DNA of 64,000 nt from NCBI GenBank assembly GCA_964635045.1, contig CAZWMJ010000001.1, positions 21,234-85,233 on the forward strand, written 5' to 3'. Positions within the stretch are counted from its first letter, which is position 1. Each line of letters starts with the position of its first letter. The notes under the pieces were generated by a model that was not told where the DNA came from, did not search any database, and saw only the letters and a program-made list of their open reading frames with translations. The stretch comes from an uncultured Gammaproteobacteria bacterium (GTDB lineage: Bacteria > Patescibacteriota > Microgenomatia > Levybacterales > UBA12049). Positions 10,967 to 21,271 of the stretch are shown piece by piece. A program made the position numbers and the translations under genes.

Positions 10967-11842
10967 ATGACAAAATTCGAAATAAAAACCGGCGTAGGAC
11001 CTGAAGAAATGTTTTGGAAAGGGCCGGATATTAGAACTGCAGGACAGGTTACTCTCAATCTCGGAGGTGGGTTTTTACCAATTATTGTTACTTCCTTAAA
11101 TATTCCGCAACCGCTCCACCCAATGGCCGCTCATCTTGACATTTCAGTACGAAGTAGATTTGCGCAAGTAGGTATTGATATTGACGATGATGAAGCAATA
11201 ATGGCGATTGCCATTAAGCTTTTACAACAAAAAAGCGCACCATTTGTTATAGAAATTCCCGTTTTTCACCATGGAACGCGGCCGGTGACAATACCGAAAG
11301 ACACAGGTGTTTTCCGACTTTTCTCTTATCCAAAAGAGAAAGCTTTGGAAGGAGACGGTCTTACTAGGCTTATCGGGGAGGGCGCAATTCAGATAGGCGG
11401 CATAAAAGAAGAAGATTGGATGTGGGCTTGGGAGGGAAATAATTTAGTAGGAATAGATCTTCATATTGATTCAAGAAACAGAAAATGGATTCCGCCTCAC
11501 CCAGAAGACGAGCCGCTTGTTATAAATGGCGTTAGTCATGATTACAGACGGGAACATGATGAATTGTTTAGGGAGGTGCCGTTAACTGACAAACCAATAT
11601 TTTGGGTGGGAGAAACACCGGCTATTACTTTAGATAACTGTTTGGATGCAGTACTTGATGAAGAAGTATTTTCCTTACTAGGCCAGCAAGCAATAAAAGT
11701 TGAATTAGCAAGACAGATTAATTCGCGTCTTATCGACGGAGGAAAAACAAGGTGGGCGATACGAGTTGAGATAGTAAGTCCAACAGCTGACGGTCTTGCT
11801 CCGCAATTTGTGCGCCTGCGTTTATTTAGAAAAACTGTCTAA
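10967..11842 (+). CDS. hypothetical protein (orphan insert in the str operon)
   Basis: 291-aa ORF between rpsG and fusA with its own promoter. No motif recognised. Confidence 0.6.
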   Translation: MTKFEIKTGVGPEEMFWKGPDIRTAGQVTLNLGGGFLPIIVTSLNIPQPLHPMAAHLDISVRSRFAQVGIDIDDDEAIMAIAIKLLQQKSAPFVIEIPVFHHGTRPVTIPKDTGVFRLFSYPKEKALEGDGLTRLIGEGAIQIGGIKEEDWMWAWEGNNLVGIDLHIDSRNRKWIPPHPEDEPLVINGVSHDYRREHDELFREVPLTDKPIFWVGETPAITLDNCLDAVLDEEVFSLLGQQAIKVELARQINSRLIDGGKTRWAIRVEIVSPTADGLAPQFVRLRLFRKTV

Positions 11843-11926
11843 GTTACCCTCTCCGCAATTGAACATCCGCCCTAGGTGATTTTAATTCGTTGACTTTTGG
11901 ATGGTTTTATCATAGAATATCGTTCT

Positions 11927-12163
11927 ATGCCGCCAAGAGTGGAACGATTAAAACCTAATCCACAATTACAAGCCAAGTTTGACGCCTTGCCTGCCGATGC
12001 TCAAAGTTATTTGAGAGATGGTGCCAGATTAAAAAGACCTGGAATAACCGTGGAAGAGCAAACGGCGTTACGGCAAGAAAGAAGAGATCTTATAGCGAAT
12101 ATGCCCCCCGAGGATCAAAGATTATTGGTTGGATATATTATCTTAAGAGATGGATTAATTTAG
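11927..12163 (+). CDS. hypothetical small protein
   Basis: The track ORF 11897..12163 starts on TTG. The first ATG is at 11927 (MPPRVERLKPNPQLQAKFDALPADAQ...). No motif recognised. Confidence 0.4.
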   Translation: MPPRVERLKPNPQLQAKFDALPADAQSYLRDGARLKRPGITVEEQTALRQERRDLIANMPPEDQRLLVGYIILRDGLI

Positions 12164-12247
12164 AGGCAAAACTTCAAACATCTGCAGACACATTAAAAGT
12201 ATGTTATACTAATAAAATAAATTCGGGACAGCGGATTTTGTTTTTTT

Positions 12248-14359
12248 ATGGCTGAACAACAACGACACAGCGATTTGGATAAAATCAGAAATATTGGCAT
12301 TATTGCCCACATTGATGCCGGTAAAACCACCACTACGGAGCGGATTCTCTATTATACGGGCAAGACCTACAAAATCGGAGACATTGATGAGGGTACCACC
12401 CAAATGGATTGGATGGCACAGGAGAAGGAACGGGGTATTACTATAGTATCGGCGGCCACCACGGCATTTTGGCAAGACTATAGAATAAATATTATCGATA
12501 CTCCGGGACACGTTGATTTTACCGCAGAAGTGGAGAGGTCTCTTAGAGTTTTGGATGGGGGGATTACGGTGCTTGATGCGGAAGAAGGGGTGCAAAGTCA
12601 GTCGGAGACCGTCTGGAGGCAAGCCGATAAATATAAAGTTCCCCGCCTTTGTTTCGTTAACAAAATGGATAAAATTGGAGCGGATTTTCTGAATACAGTT
12701 AAAAGTATTGAAGATAGACTGGGGGCAAATCCCGTAATTATGGTGTTGCCAATTGGCAGCGAACAGGATTATAAAGGAGTTTTTGATCTGATGACTTTGA
12801 AATCAATCATGTGGACAGGTGAGGAGTTGGGGGCAAAGTTTAATATTACCGATGATATACCGCAAGGCATGGAGGAAGAAATTAAAAAGTACAGAAGCGC
12901 TATGATTGAGAAAATTTCCGAAACAGATGATCATCTTACGGAAAAATACCTCAATGGAATAGAACCCACGATGGAGGAATTAAAAAAAGCTCTTCGGAGA
13001 GCAGTCATTTCCTATAAATTAGTGCCGATTTTTTGCGGTTCGTCTCTTCGAAACAAAGGCGTTCAACCGCTTTTGGACGCCGTGATTGATTATCTTCCTT
13101 CTCCCGTTGATTTAGGAGAGGTCAAAGGGATCAATCCAAAAACGAATAAGGAGGAGACAAGAAAAATGATTGTGGGAGAATCTTTCGCCGGACTTGCCTT
13201 TAAGATTCAGAACGATCCTCATGTGGGAAAACTGACTTACTTTCGGGTGTACTCAGGACAGATAAATGCCGGTTCATATATTTATAACAGCACAAAAAAT
13301 ATCAAAGAGCGGGTGGGCAGACTTCTTCTGATGCACGCCAATCAAAGAGAGGATATAAAAGAAGGATTTGCCGGAGAAATTGTAGCGATTGTCGGGCTTA
13401 AGGATACTTCAACCGGTGATACGCTTTGCGATGAAACGGCGCCAATAGTGCTTGAGAGAATATCATTTCCGGAACCGGTTATCTCTTTGGCCATTGAGCC
13501 AAAAACTAAATCCGATCAAGAAAAACTGGGGTACGCGCTGAAGCGGCTGATGGAGGAAGATCCCACCTTTCATGTTAAATCCAATCATGAAACAGGACAG
13601 ACAATTATCGCCGGGGTGGGAGAATTGCAGCTGGAGATTATGGTTGATCGGATGAAGCGGGAGTTTAATGTCATGTCCAATGTCGGCGCGCCGCAAGTGG
13701 CATATAAAGAAACTATTTCCGCCACCTCAGAAGCGGAAGGAAAGTACATCAGACAGTCCGGAGGCCGCGGGCAATATGGTCATTGTTTCTTAAGAGTTTC
13801 CCCAAAACCAAGAGGAGAAGGATATGAGTTTGTAGATTCTATAAAAGGCGGCGCAATTCCGGCCGAATTTATATCTTCTGTAAGGAAAGGTGTAATAGAA
13901 ACCATGGAGAATGGGGTTTTACTTGGTTACCCTATGGTGGATATGGAAGTAACACTTTTTGATGGAAGTTTTCATGACGTTGATTCATCGGATATCGCCT
14001 TTAAGATAGCAGCCTCGCAAGCTCTTCAGGCCGCGGTAAAAAAAGCAGGGCTGACTTTGCTTGAACCAATCATGAAGATTGAGGTAACAACGCCTTCGCA
14101 ATTCTTAGGAGATGTCATCGGCGATTTATCGGCAAAGAGAGCCCAAATTCTTGGCACGGAGGAAAGACATAACGCCACTATTATTTTGGCGATGGTGCCT
14201 TTATCTACTCTTTCAGGTTACGCCACAACTCTGCGCAGTATGTCTCAAGGCCGGGCCAGTTATTACATGGAGCCTTCACACTATGAAGAGGTGCCGAAAA
14301 ATATTCAGGAACAAATGCTGGCAAAGTCAACTTTTACCGGAAGAGTAAGTAAAACATAA
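12248..14359 (+). CDS. fusA: elongation factor G
   Basis: 703 aa with G-domain motifs [23 protein letters not shown] and NKMD. Confidence 0.98.
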   Translation: MAEQQRHSDLDKIRNIGIIAHIDAGKTTTTERILYYTGKTYKIGDIDEGTTQMDWMAQEKERGITIVSAATTAFWQDYRINIIDTPGHVDFTAEVERSLRVLDGGITVLDAEEGVQSQSETVWRQADKYKVPRLCFVNKMDKIGADFLNTVKSIEDRLGANPVIMVLPIGSEQDYKGVFDLMTLKSIMWTGEELGAKFNITDDIPQGMEEEIKKYRSAMIEKISETDDHLTEKYLNGIEPTMEELKKALRRAVISYKLVPIFCGSSLRNKGVQPLLDAVIDYLPSPVDLGEVKGINPKTNKEETRKMIVGESFAGLAFKIQNDPHVGKLTYFRVYSGQINAGSYIYNSTKNIKERVGRLLLMHANQREDIKEGFAGEIVAIVGLKDTSTGDTLCDETAPIVLERISFPEPVISLAIEPKTKSDQEKLGYALKRLMEEDPTFHVKSNHETGQTIIAGVGELQLEIMVDRMKREFNVMSNVGAPQVAYKETISATSEAEGKYIRQSGGRGQYGHCFLRVSPKPRGEGYEFVDSIKGGAIPAEFISSVRKGVIETMENGVLLGYPMVDMEVTLFDGSFHDVDSSDIAFKIAASQALQAAVKKAGLTLLEPIMKIEVTTPSQFLGDVIGDLSAKRAQILGTEERHNATIILAMVPLSTLSGYATTLRSMSQGRASYYMEPSHYEEVPKNIQEQMLAKSTFTGRVSKT

Positions 14360-14367
14360 TAGTAAAA

Positions 14368-14898
14368 GTGAAAGTATTCTTAAAAGAGTTGAAGTTTTCT
14401 TCAACTAAGCACAGCTACTTAAAAGATATAACCGGCAAGGTTAATCAGGCAATAAAAAAGTCAAAAGTGACGGTGGGTTTTGTTCTGGTAAACTCTCTTC
14501 ATACCACACTGGGGGTAGTTGTTCAGGAAATAGCTGAACCTAATTTACTGGAGGATATTTTGCATCACACACTTAAGTCCGTGCCGGAAGATAAACTTTC
14601 AACCCGCGTCCACCAAAAATATCCCCACCCCGTCGCCGATTACAAACATCGTTGTCAGGACAATCCATATTGCAACGAAATAGATGAGGATTACAATGCC
14701 GCCAGCCACATCAGAACTCTTCTTTTTTCTCATCCCAGTATCAGTTTGTCCATTCAAAACGGAAAAGCGGTATTGGGGAAATATCAGCAGATTGCCGTTT
14801 TTGAGTTTGACGGCAGAGACGGCAGCGGCAAAAATCCGATTAGACAAAGAACCGTGCAAATTTGGATTTATCAAACAGAGGCTATAAAAAAACTTTAA
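14368..14898 (+). CDS. YjbQ/UPF0047 family protein (secondary thiamine-phosphate synthase-like)
   Basis: GTG start 8 nt after fusA. The pattern VNSLHTTLGVVVQE ... ASHIRTLLFSHPSISLSIQNGKAVLGKYQQIAVFEFDG resembles the YjbQ family, with an internal insertion. Confidence 0.65.
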   Translation: MKVFLKELKFSSTKHSYLKDITGKVNQAIKKSKVTVGFVLVNSLHTTLGVVVQEIAEPNLLEDILHHTLKSVPEDKLSTRVHQKYPHPVADYKHRCQDNPYCNEIDEDYNAASHIRTLLFSHPSISLSIQNGKAVLGKYQQIAVFEFDGRDGSGKNPIRQRTVQIWIYQTEAIKKL

Positions 14899-15665
14899 AG
14901 AGAGTACGGGACCAGATGTTTGTACCTGTTATTAAGGGCAAAATCGATTATTTTCCGGGCATTTTTGTAGCCTAATTCTTTGATTTTTTCAACAGACAAA
15001 TTTTTGTCAAAGTAAAGATATAACACGGGATCTGCTTCTTGATAAGAAAACCCAAATTCCTCTTCGTCCGTCTGATTGCGCCAGAGCCCCGCGGTGGGCG
15101 GTTGATTAATAAAATATTCTGGCACTTTCAGATAATTGGCTAATTGATAAATCTGTGTTTTATATAAACAGCGAATTGGTTCGATATCCGATGCTTCATC
15201 GCCAAAGCGGGTAAAGTAGCCAAGTAAATGCTCTGACCTATTTTCTGTTCCTACTACCAGCGCCCGCTGTTTTTTACTCAAATCGTAAAGATAGATCATG
15301 CGCGTTCTGGCCATCAAGTTGCCAAGACGAATTTTATCATTACCGATTTTAAGATGATTCTTAAACTCATCAACGGTATTTTTTATGGACAACTTATAGA
15401 TGTTATTTTCAGGGATAGCCGCTTTTTTAAGAATGGGGGCTAGTCTTGCAAATTGTGATCGAAAATAGAAAAGATGGACAACGTAAATGTTTTGCGGTGG
15501 CAGCGCCTCTTTTAATAAATAAAAACAGGTTAGTGAATCAATGCCCCCCGATAATCCAATAACTGCTTTGGTAAACCTTTCTTTTTTAAAGATATTTTTG
15601 ATGAATCGTACAATTTTTTCCTGCTCTTTTTTAGGATTGATTGTTAATAAATTTAATTTATTCAT
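14895..15665 (-). CDS. nadE: NH3-dependent NAD+ synthetase
   Basis: PP-loop GLSGGIDS near the N-terminus. 256 aa. Overlaps nadD by 8 nt. Confidence 0.85.
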   Translation of the reverse strand: MNKLNLLTINPKKEQEKIVRFIKNIFKKERFTKAVIGLSGGIDSLTCFYLLKEALPPQNIYVVHLFYFRSQFARLAPILKKAAIPENNIYKLSIKNTVDEFKNHLKIGNDKIRLGNLMARTRMIYLYDLSKKQRALVVGTENRSEHLLGYFTRFGDEASDIEPIRCLYKTQIYQLANYLKVPEYFINQPPTAGLWRNQTDEEEFGFSYQEADPVLYLYFDKNLSVEKIKELGYKNARKIIDFALNNRYKHLVPYSL

Positions 15666-16224
15666 AAAGCCGGTGTTTTTTAATGTATGTTTCTACTTCC
15701 CCGGGCACTAAATAAGAAATAGATTTTCTTTCTTTTAGGCGACGGCGGACTAACGTGGAAGAAATATTGGTAGTAATCAGATTTTTTTCTCTGACTAGCT
15801 CAAATCCTCCGGGCAACCGTTTTGGTAAATGGAAGGGATCTCTGGGGAAAACCAGCAGTGTACACAAACTTAAAAGTTGCGCTGTTTTTTCCCAGCGATG
15901 AAATTCGGATACAATATCCGAGCCGACAATCCAATAAATATCCGCTCCCGCTTGTTTTTTTATTTCTTTTACCGTATCTAAGGTATAACTGACTCCCTTT
16001 CTGTCAATTTCCACCTTTGATATTTCGGTTCTATCAAGCGCTAAAGAGTCAACCATGGCGAGACGGTCTTTGACGCCGGCAAAACTAGGTTTCCACTGAT
16101 GTTGGTACGTTGGCACCAGCAGAATTTTGTCGATATCTCTCCGAAAATCTAAAAGTTGTCTGATGACCAAATAGTGGCCAAGATGAGGAGGATCAAAACT
16201 TCCTCCCAGAATGGCGATTTTCAT
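15658..16224 (-). CDS. nadD: nicotinate-nucleotide adenylyltransferase
   Basis: MKIAILGGSFDPPHLGH signature. The internal Met at 16224 is preferred over the track start at 16311, which adds 29 non-conserved residues. Confidence 0.87.
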   Translation of the reverse strand: MKIAILGGSFDPPHLGHYLVIRQLLDFRRDIDKILLVPTYQHQWKPSFAGVKDRLAMVDSLALDRTEISKVEIDRKGVSYTLDTVKEIKKQAGADIYWIVGSDIVSEFHRWEKTAQLLSLCTLLVFPRDPFHLPKRLPGGFELVREKNLITTNISSTLVRRRLKERKSISYLVPGEVETYIKKHRLYE

Positions 16225-16330
16225 TGTTTGGATTATATCATTTTTGAGGAGCCGATTTGTACTGGTGCCAAAATTCGGCAAGATTAGGCAACATATGGCA
16301 ATTTTCGGCAAGATATGGTAATGTATAGAT

Positions 16331-17311
16331 ATGAAAATTCCTCCTCCTTATACTATCACTCAAGAAATGCTAACACTTTTAACCGAAATTGAAGCCTGGC
16401 GGATGTTTTTTTCTTCTCTATCGCTTCCTTTATTGTTAAAAGAAAAAATCCAGCGCGTCAGTCTTTTGAAAAGTTCTCTTTTCTCGGCCAGAATTGAAGG
16501 CAGTACCCTGACATTTTCCGATCTTGAATCTAAAACATCGGATGATAAAAAAAGAGAAGTATTTAACATTGTCGAGGCAGTCAGTTTTGTAGACAGGCAG
16601 GTGCGCAAAGATACACTCACCAAAAAAGTTCTTCTAAATCTTCATAAACTGGTTCTAAAAGGCATTAGTTCCGATGCCGGCTATTTTAGGAAAGAAGTCA
16701 GCGCCATATTTAATACAGCCGGTGTTGCTGTATATATGCCTCCTCCGCCGTCAGAGGTACCTTCGCTTCTTGATAAATTATTTTTCTATATTAATAGCGC
16801 TGAGGAAAAATTTCCTCTCATCGCGGCTTTTGTGGCGCATCTTATGTTTGAAAAAATTCATCCATTTATTGACGGGAATGGGAGAGTGGGCAGACTTCTT
16901 ATTGCCGTCATATTACAAGCCAGGGGGTGGAATTTTACTTTTACTATTCCTTTTGAAGAATACCTGGATGAACAAAAAGACAGTTATTATTTTTATCTGG
17001 ATAGAGGTTCCAAAGAAACAAACGATTACCTTCTTTTTATGCTGAGAGCCTTCCGTGAACAAATAAATCGGATCAAAAAGCAAGTAGATGAGGAATTGTC
17101 TAAAAATGAAGAGATATTTCTTCCCCCAAGACAAGAGGAAATATATAATATCATCAAAGATCACCGGGTTGTGCCATTTGATATGATACGCAGAAGATTT
17201 TTAAAAGTTGCGCCGCGCACCCTTCGCTACGAGCTTAAAAAACTTGTTGACGCAGGTTTCATTGAAACATTGGGAGAAACTAAAGGCAGATATTATCGAG
17301 TAAAAAGGTAA
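16331..17311 (+). CDS. Fic family protein (putative AMPylase) with N-terminal inhibitory motif and C-terminal wHTH
   Basis: Fic motif HPFIDGNGRVGR. Upstream SARIEG fits the (S/T)xxxE(G/N) auto-inhibition helix. The C-terminal LRYELKKLVDAGFIE looks like a winged helix. Confidence 0.9.
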   Translation: MKIPPPYTITQEMLTLLTEIEAWRMFFSSLSLPLLLKEKIQRVSLLKSSLFSARIEGSTLTFSDLESKTSDDKKREVFNIVEAVSFVDRQVRKDTLTKKVLLNLHKLVLKGISSDAGYFRKEVSAIFNTAGVAVYMPPPPSEVPSLLDKLFFYINSAEEKFPLIAAFVAHLMFEKIHPFIDGNGRVGRLLIAVILQARGWNFTFTIPFEEYLDEQKDSYYFYLDRGSKETNDYLLFMLRAFREQINRIKKQVDEELSKNEEIFLPPRQEEIYNIIKDHRVVPFDMIRRRFLKVAPRTLRYELKKLVDAGFIETLGETKGRYYRVKR

Positions 17312-17328
17312 TTTAGCTTGTCGCTTAG

Positions 17329-17742
17329 TCAATTAACAAGCAGCGCTTCCACAGCAATCCTATGTTGCGTAAAAAAAGTATTTGCGGATGCCGCCAATTG
17401 AAGCTTACTTAACTCCTTCAAGTTAAAAAACTGTAATTCTTGCCCTTCTGCCCGTTTTATAAGATTCACATTGTTGTCGGTTAATTTACCATGATAAAAA
17501 TATATATCTTTATCAACGGATGACGAAATAAATAAAAGTTTTAAGTCTCTCACTTCTATATTCATGTCTTCTTTTATTTTTCTAATAATTGTTTTCTCAG
17601 ACGATTCATTGTGTTCTTTTTTTCCTCCAACCATGCACCATGTTTTTTCTATCCCTGAATTGAAAAGATAATTTTTAATCATTAGCAATATTTTCTCTTT
17701 GTATATTAGAAGAATTAAACTCTCATTGGATTTGCGGATCAT
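17329..17742 (-). CDS. Nudix-fold protein with degenerate Nudix box
   Basis: GKKEHNESSEKTIIRKIKEDMNI aligns to GX5EX7REUXEEXGU, but REUXEE is replaced by RKIKED. Confidence 0.45.
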   Translation of the reverse strand: MIRKSNESLILLIYKEKILLMIKNYLFNSGIEKTWCMVGGKKEHNESSEKTIIRKIKEDMNIEVRDLKLLFISSSVDKDIYFYHGKLTDNNVNLIKRAEGQELQFFNLKELSKLQLAASANTFFTQHRIAVEALLVN

Positions 17743-17806
17743 CTTTATATTGTATCACGTCCGGAGGTTTTATATATATGTAATCAAAGCGATGGTGAAT
17801 TTTCAT

Positions 17807-18922
17807 TTATTCTTCGGTATTTTCCGGAAGTTCAAAGGTTTTAATTTCAGGAAGAGAGCGGCCGATTATTCCCTGCAAATCTCCGTACATGCCGTGAGTA
17901 TTATCTAACACTTTTCTTATTTCTTTTTCCTGCCGGCTCCATTTGGCGCTAAACCATCTTCTTTCTCTTTCCAACTCCTGCTGTAAATTGCCAAACCCTT
18001 CCACAATTGCTTCTACTCTATGTCTAAACTCTATTCCCATCAAATATTCATACATCAAATCCTTCTTTTCGTTTTTGCCTTTACTTGAGGCTTTTTCATG
18101 ATAAAGACTAATAATATTAAATCTCAAAGCAAACGCCAGCGGAACAACCGATGGCCAAGTAGTTACCCAAACACCTTCTTTGTAAGTAAATGAGCTTAGC
18201 CATTCAGGTTTAGTAATTGTTACCAGTACGGCTAAATCCGCTTTTTTATCTCTTTGATCTTCTTTTAGTTTGGTAATCCATCCATTTTGCCATTGAGCGT
18301 TTTTTGTTTCCCATAAAATCGTCCCACAGCTTCTTCCCAGCTTATCAATTACCTCGTGCACAATATCCGCTCCTCTATCGCCTTTTTTAATTTCCTTAAT
18401 CTCGTCTCTGGGAAACTCGCTTTTGAGAACCTTCTCCAGCTCCAATTCCAAAACTTCTCCTTGCGTTTGTTGGGAACCTTGCTGCATTTTGGTTTTAAGC
18501 TCATCAACTTGTTTTAACGCATCCGTCAGCTTTTTATCTTTTTCCAGATCCTTGAATTTGTGTTCCTCTTCTGTTTTTTTTACCGCTTCTGCTCTGATTT
18601 TTTCCTCCTCTTCCATAATCTTTTTCTTCATTTCCACTGCCCGTTGCTGATCTTTTCTCTTTAACTCTCTCATCTGATCCAAAAGTTCCCCCAGCTGTTG
18701 GCTTAACTTTTTATTTCTTTCCTTTTCCTCCTCATTTTCTTTTTGTACATTGGTTAGTTGGATTTCAAATTGGCGGTTGATCTTTTTTTCCGCATCTGCC
18801 AATTCTTCTTTGTGCTGTATTTTTAGACCCGCCAGCACTTGCTCTTCAATCTGATGAGTCAGCGCTTCCGAAATCTCAATCTCACTGCCGCATTTTTTAC
18901 AAGTAATGGTATTTTTAATCAC
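17807..18922 (-). CDS. DUF2130-like protein (N-terminal zinc ribbon, long coiled coil, C-terminal globular domain)
   Basis: ITCKKCGSEIEISEAL at the N-terminus, about 150 aa of Glu/Lys coiled coil, then a conserved-looking C-terminal domain. Family assignment is from memory. Confidence 0.5.
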   Translation of the reverse strand: MIKNTITCKKCGSEIEISEALTHQIEEQVLAGLKIQHKEELADAEKKINRQFEIQLTNVQKENEEEKERNKKLSQQLGELLDQMRELKRKDQQRAVEMKKKIMEEEEKIRAEAVKKTEEEHKFKDLEKDKKLTDALKQVDELKTKMQQGSQQTQGEVLELELEKVLKSEFPRDEIKEIKKGDRGADIVHEVIDKLGRSCGTILWETKNAQWQNGWITKLKEDQRDKKADLAVLVTITKPEWLSSFTYKEGVWVTTWPSVVPLAFALRFNIISLYHEKASSKGKNEKKDLMYEYLMGIEFRHRVEAIVEGFGNLQQELERERRWFSAKWSRQEKEIRKVLDNTHGMYGDLQGIIGRSLPEIKTFELPENTEE

Positions 18923-19023
18923 AAGCTTCCTTTGTATTGTAGTTTAGTATTATTGAGGTCTAAAAGCAATTCTTTATCTTAACAACTGCAATTTCTTTGA
19001 GATGTTATGGTAAATGGTACAAT

Positions 19024-19995
19024 ATGAGGATGTTGGTTGATAACATTGATTTAATAATAAAAGCTGGCAACGGCGGAAACGGCGCGTTGTCTTTTATAAG
19101 AAATGGAGTGACTTCCAAAGGCGGTCCTGACGGCGGGAATGGCGGTTGGGGCGGAAGTATTTATTTTCAGGGATCAAATAATATTAACGATCTTAGGGAA
19201 TTCCGTTATAAGAAAAAAATAACCGCGGAAAATGGCGTAAATGGAGGCAAAGATAATTGTTTTGGGAAAAACGCTAAAAATCTCACAATTTTTTTGCCTC
19301 TTGGCACCAGAATAACCGAGTCTGACTCGGGCAAAACATATGAAATTTTAGATACAAAAACTGCGGTTCTGTTAGCTCACGGAGGAAAAGGGGGACGCGG
19401 CAATAATGAATTTAAGTCCGCCACTAATCAAACACCGCGTTTTGTTGAAAAAGGAGGTTTAGGAGAAGAGAAAAAATTACTCCTTGAACTTCGGCTAATT
19501 GCCGAAATCGGCATAATAGGGTTGCCAAATGCGGGAAAAAGCAGTTTGCTGGCCATTCTTACAAATTCAAAACCAAAAATCGCCAACTATCCGTTTACAA
19601 CTCTGGAACCAAATATCGGCATGTTTGGAAAATATCCGATTGCCGATATTCCTGGTCTTATTGAGGGAGCATCCACCGGGCGCGGTTTGGGAATTACATT
19701 TTTAAAACATATTGAAAAAACAAAAATTCTGATTCATTGTATTGAGGCAGGAAATAAAGATTTGTTAAAAACTTATGCTGTGGTTCGTCACGAATTTAGC
19801 AAATATAACGCTTCGCTTTTGGAAAAGTCTGAAATTATTTTAATCACAAAGACAGATTTGGTAGATGAAAAAACTGTCCAAAAAGCCGTTGAAGTTTTCA
19901 AGAAACAAAGGAAAAAAGTACTTACCTGTTCTTTGTATGATTCTAACAATATAAATATCTTGAAAGAAACACTTGAAAAAATACTCCAGCTTTAA
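19024..19995 (+). CDS. obg: GTPase Obg
   Basis: Glycine-rich Obg fold (KAGNGGNGALSF..GGPDGGNGGWGGSIYF) followed by a G domain (GLPNAGKSSLL, DIPGLIEGA, TKTD). The start is ambiguous: ATG at 19024 or 19030. The 19030 start gives MLVDNIDL, which is closest to Obg consensus. The track start at 18997 is TTG. Confidence 0.92.
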   Translation: MRMLVDNIDLIIKAGNGGNGALSFIRNGVTSKGGPDGGNGGWGGSIYFQGSNNINDLREFRYKKKITAENGVNGGKDNCFGKNAKNLTIFLPLGTRITESDSGKTYEILDTKTAVLLAHGGKGGRGNNEFKSATNQTPRFVEKGGLGEEKKLLLELRLIAEIGIIGLPNAGKSSLLAILTNSKPKIANYPFTTLEPNIGMFGKYPIADIPGLIEGASTGRGLGITFLKHIEKTKILIHCIEAGNKDLLKTYAVVRHEFSKYNASLLEKSEIILITKTDLVDEKTVQKAVEVFKKQRKKVLTCSLYDSNNINILKETLEKILQL

Positions 19996-20007
19996 ATTTT
20001 TGGGGTA

Positions 20008-20036
20008 TTGACGGGGAGAAAAAAATGTTGTATATT
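20008..20036 (+). promoter_or_regulatory. sigma70-type promoter TTGACG-17-TATATT upstream of tuf
   Basis: TTGACG at 20008-20013, a 17-nt spacer, TATATT at 20031-20036. The track ORF start at 20008 is the -35 box itself. Confidence 0.6.
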
Positions 20037-20079
20037 TAGGTTTAACCTAAAAAGATACAGGTTTTATTTTTTTTATATT

Positions 20080-21267
20080 ATGGCAGACGTAAAGAAATTT
20101 GAAAGAACAAAACCTCATGTAAACATTGGCACCATCGGCCATGTTGATCATGGAAAAACCACCCTGACGGCAGCTATTTCCAGTGTTTTGGCCAAAAAAG
20201 GCATGGCAGTGGCCAAAAAGTATGAAGATATTGATAACGCCCCCGAAGAAAAAGCCAGAGGAGTCACCATCAACATCACCCACATTGAATACGAAACGGA
20301 AAAGAGACATTACGCTCACATTGATGCTCCGGGACACGCGGACTACATTAAGAACATGATTACAGGCGCCGCTCAAATGGACGGCGCAATTTTGGTAGTT
20401 TCAGCTCCCGACGGCCCAATGCCACAAACTCGGGAGCATATTTTATTGGCCAGACAAGTAGGTGTGCCGGCCATCGTGGTTTTTCTTAACAAAGTCGATA
20501 TGGTTTCGGATCAGGAACTGTTGGATTTGGTGGAGATGGAAGTTAGAGAGTTATTGACCAAATATCAATATCCCGGTAACGATGTGACGATTATTCGGGG
20601 ATCGGCGCTGAAAGCAACACAAGGCGATGCGGAGGCGGAAAAACAGATACTGGCTTTAATGGATGCCGTTGATGCCAATATTCCCACACCAAAGCGGGAT
20701 ATCGAGAAGCCGTTTTTAATGCCGGTGGAAGATGTTTTTTCTATTAAAGGACGCGGTACTGTGGTTACCGGCAGAATTGAACGGGGAAAAGTAAAAGTAA
20801 ATGAGACAGTGGAAATTGTTGGTATTAAAGCCACCAAATCCACGGTGGTGACCGGGGTGGAAATGTTTAAAAAACAACTTGATGAAGGACAGGCAGGAGA
20901 TAATGTGGGAATTTTGCTTCGGGGAATTGAAAAGGCCGATGTGGAAAGAGGACAGGTTATTGCCAAGCCGGGCAGCATTACTCCTCATAAAGAATTTGAA
21001 GCCGAAGTTTATATTCTTACTAAGGAAGAGGGAGGCCGTCACACGCCATTTTTCACCGGTTACAGACCGCAATTTTATATTAGAACAACCGATGTGACGG
21101 CGGAAGTGGCTTTACCAAAGGGAGTGGAAATGGTTATGCCGGGAGATAATACCAAAATGACTGTTAAACTGATTGTGCCGGTGGCGCTGGAAGATGGTCT
21201 TCGATTTGCCGTCAGAGAAGGTGGAAAAACCGTTGGAGCAGGGGTAATCTCCAAAATAATTGCCTAA
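20080..21267 (+). CDS. tuf: elongation factor Tu
   Basis: [32 protein letters not shown] from the ATG at 20080. DAPGHADY and NKVD motifs are present. Confidence 0.98.
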   Translation: MADVKKFERTKPHVNIGTIGHVDHGKTTLTAAISSVLAKKGMAVAKKYEDIDNAPEEKARGVTINITHIEYETEKRHYAHIDAPGHADYIKNMITGAAQMDGAILVVSAPDGPMPQTREHILLARQVGVPAIVVFLNKVDMVSDQELLDLVEMEVRELLTKYQYPGNDVTIIRGSALKATQGDAEAEKQILALMDAVDANIPTPKRDIEKPFLMPVEDVFSIKGRGTVVTGRIERGKVKVNETVEIVGIKATKSTVVTGVEMFKKQLDEGQAGDNVGILLRGIEKADVERGQVIAKPGSITPHKEFEAEVYILTKEEGGRHTPFFTGYRPQFYIRTTDVTAEVALPKGVEMVMPGDNTKMTVKLIVPVALEDGLRFAVREGGKTVGAGVISKIIA

Positions 21268-21271
21268 GTAG

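Noticed and set aside
12209-12622. 137-aa reverse-strand ORF at the fusA 5' end, with similar antisense or out-of-frame ORFs in alaS, tuf, map, rpoA, recA, recX and the helicase
   Set aside because: All overlap genes with strong conserved motifs in another frame, and none shows a recognisable motif or translation signals.
20008-20079. N-terminal 24-codon extension of the tuf ORF (track start at 20008)
   Set aside because: The 'start' is the TTGACG -35 box of a good promoter. The extension ([24 protein letters not shown]) is unlike any EF-Tu, and the conserved N-terminus begins at the ATG at 20080.
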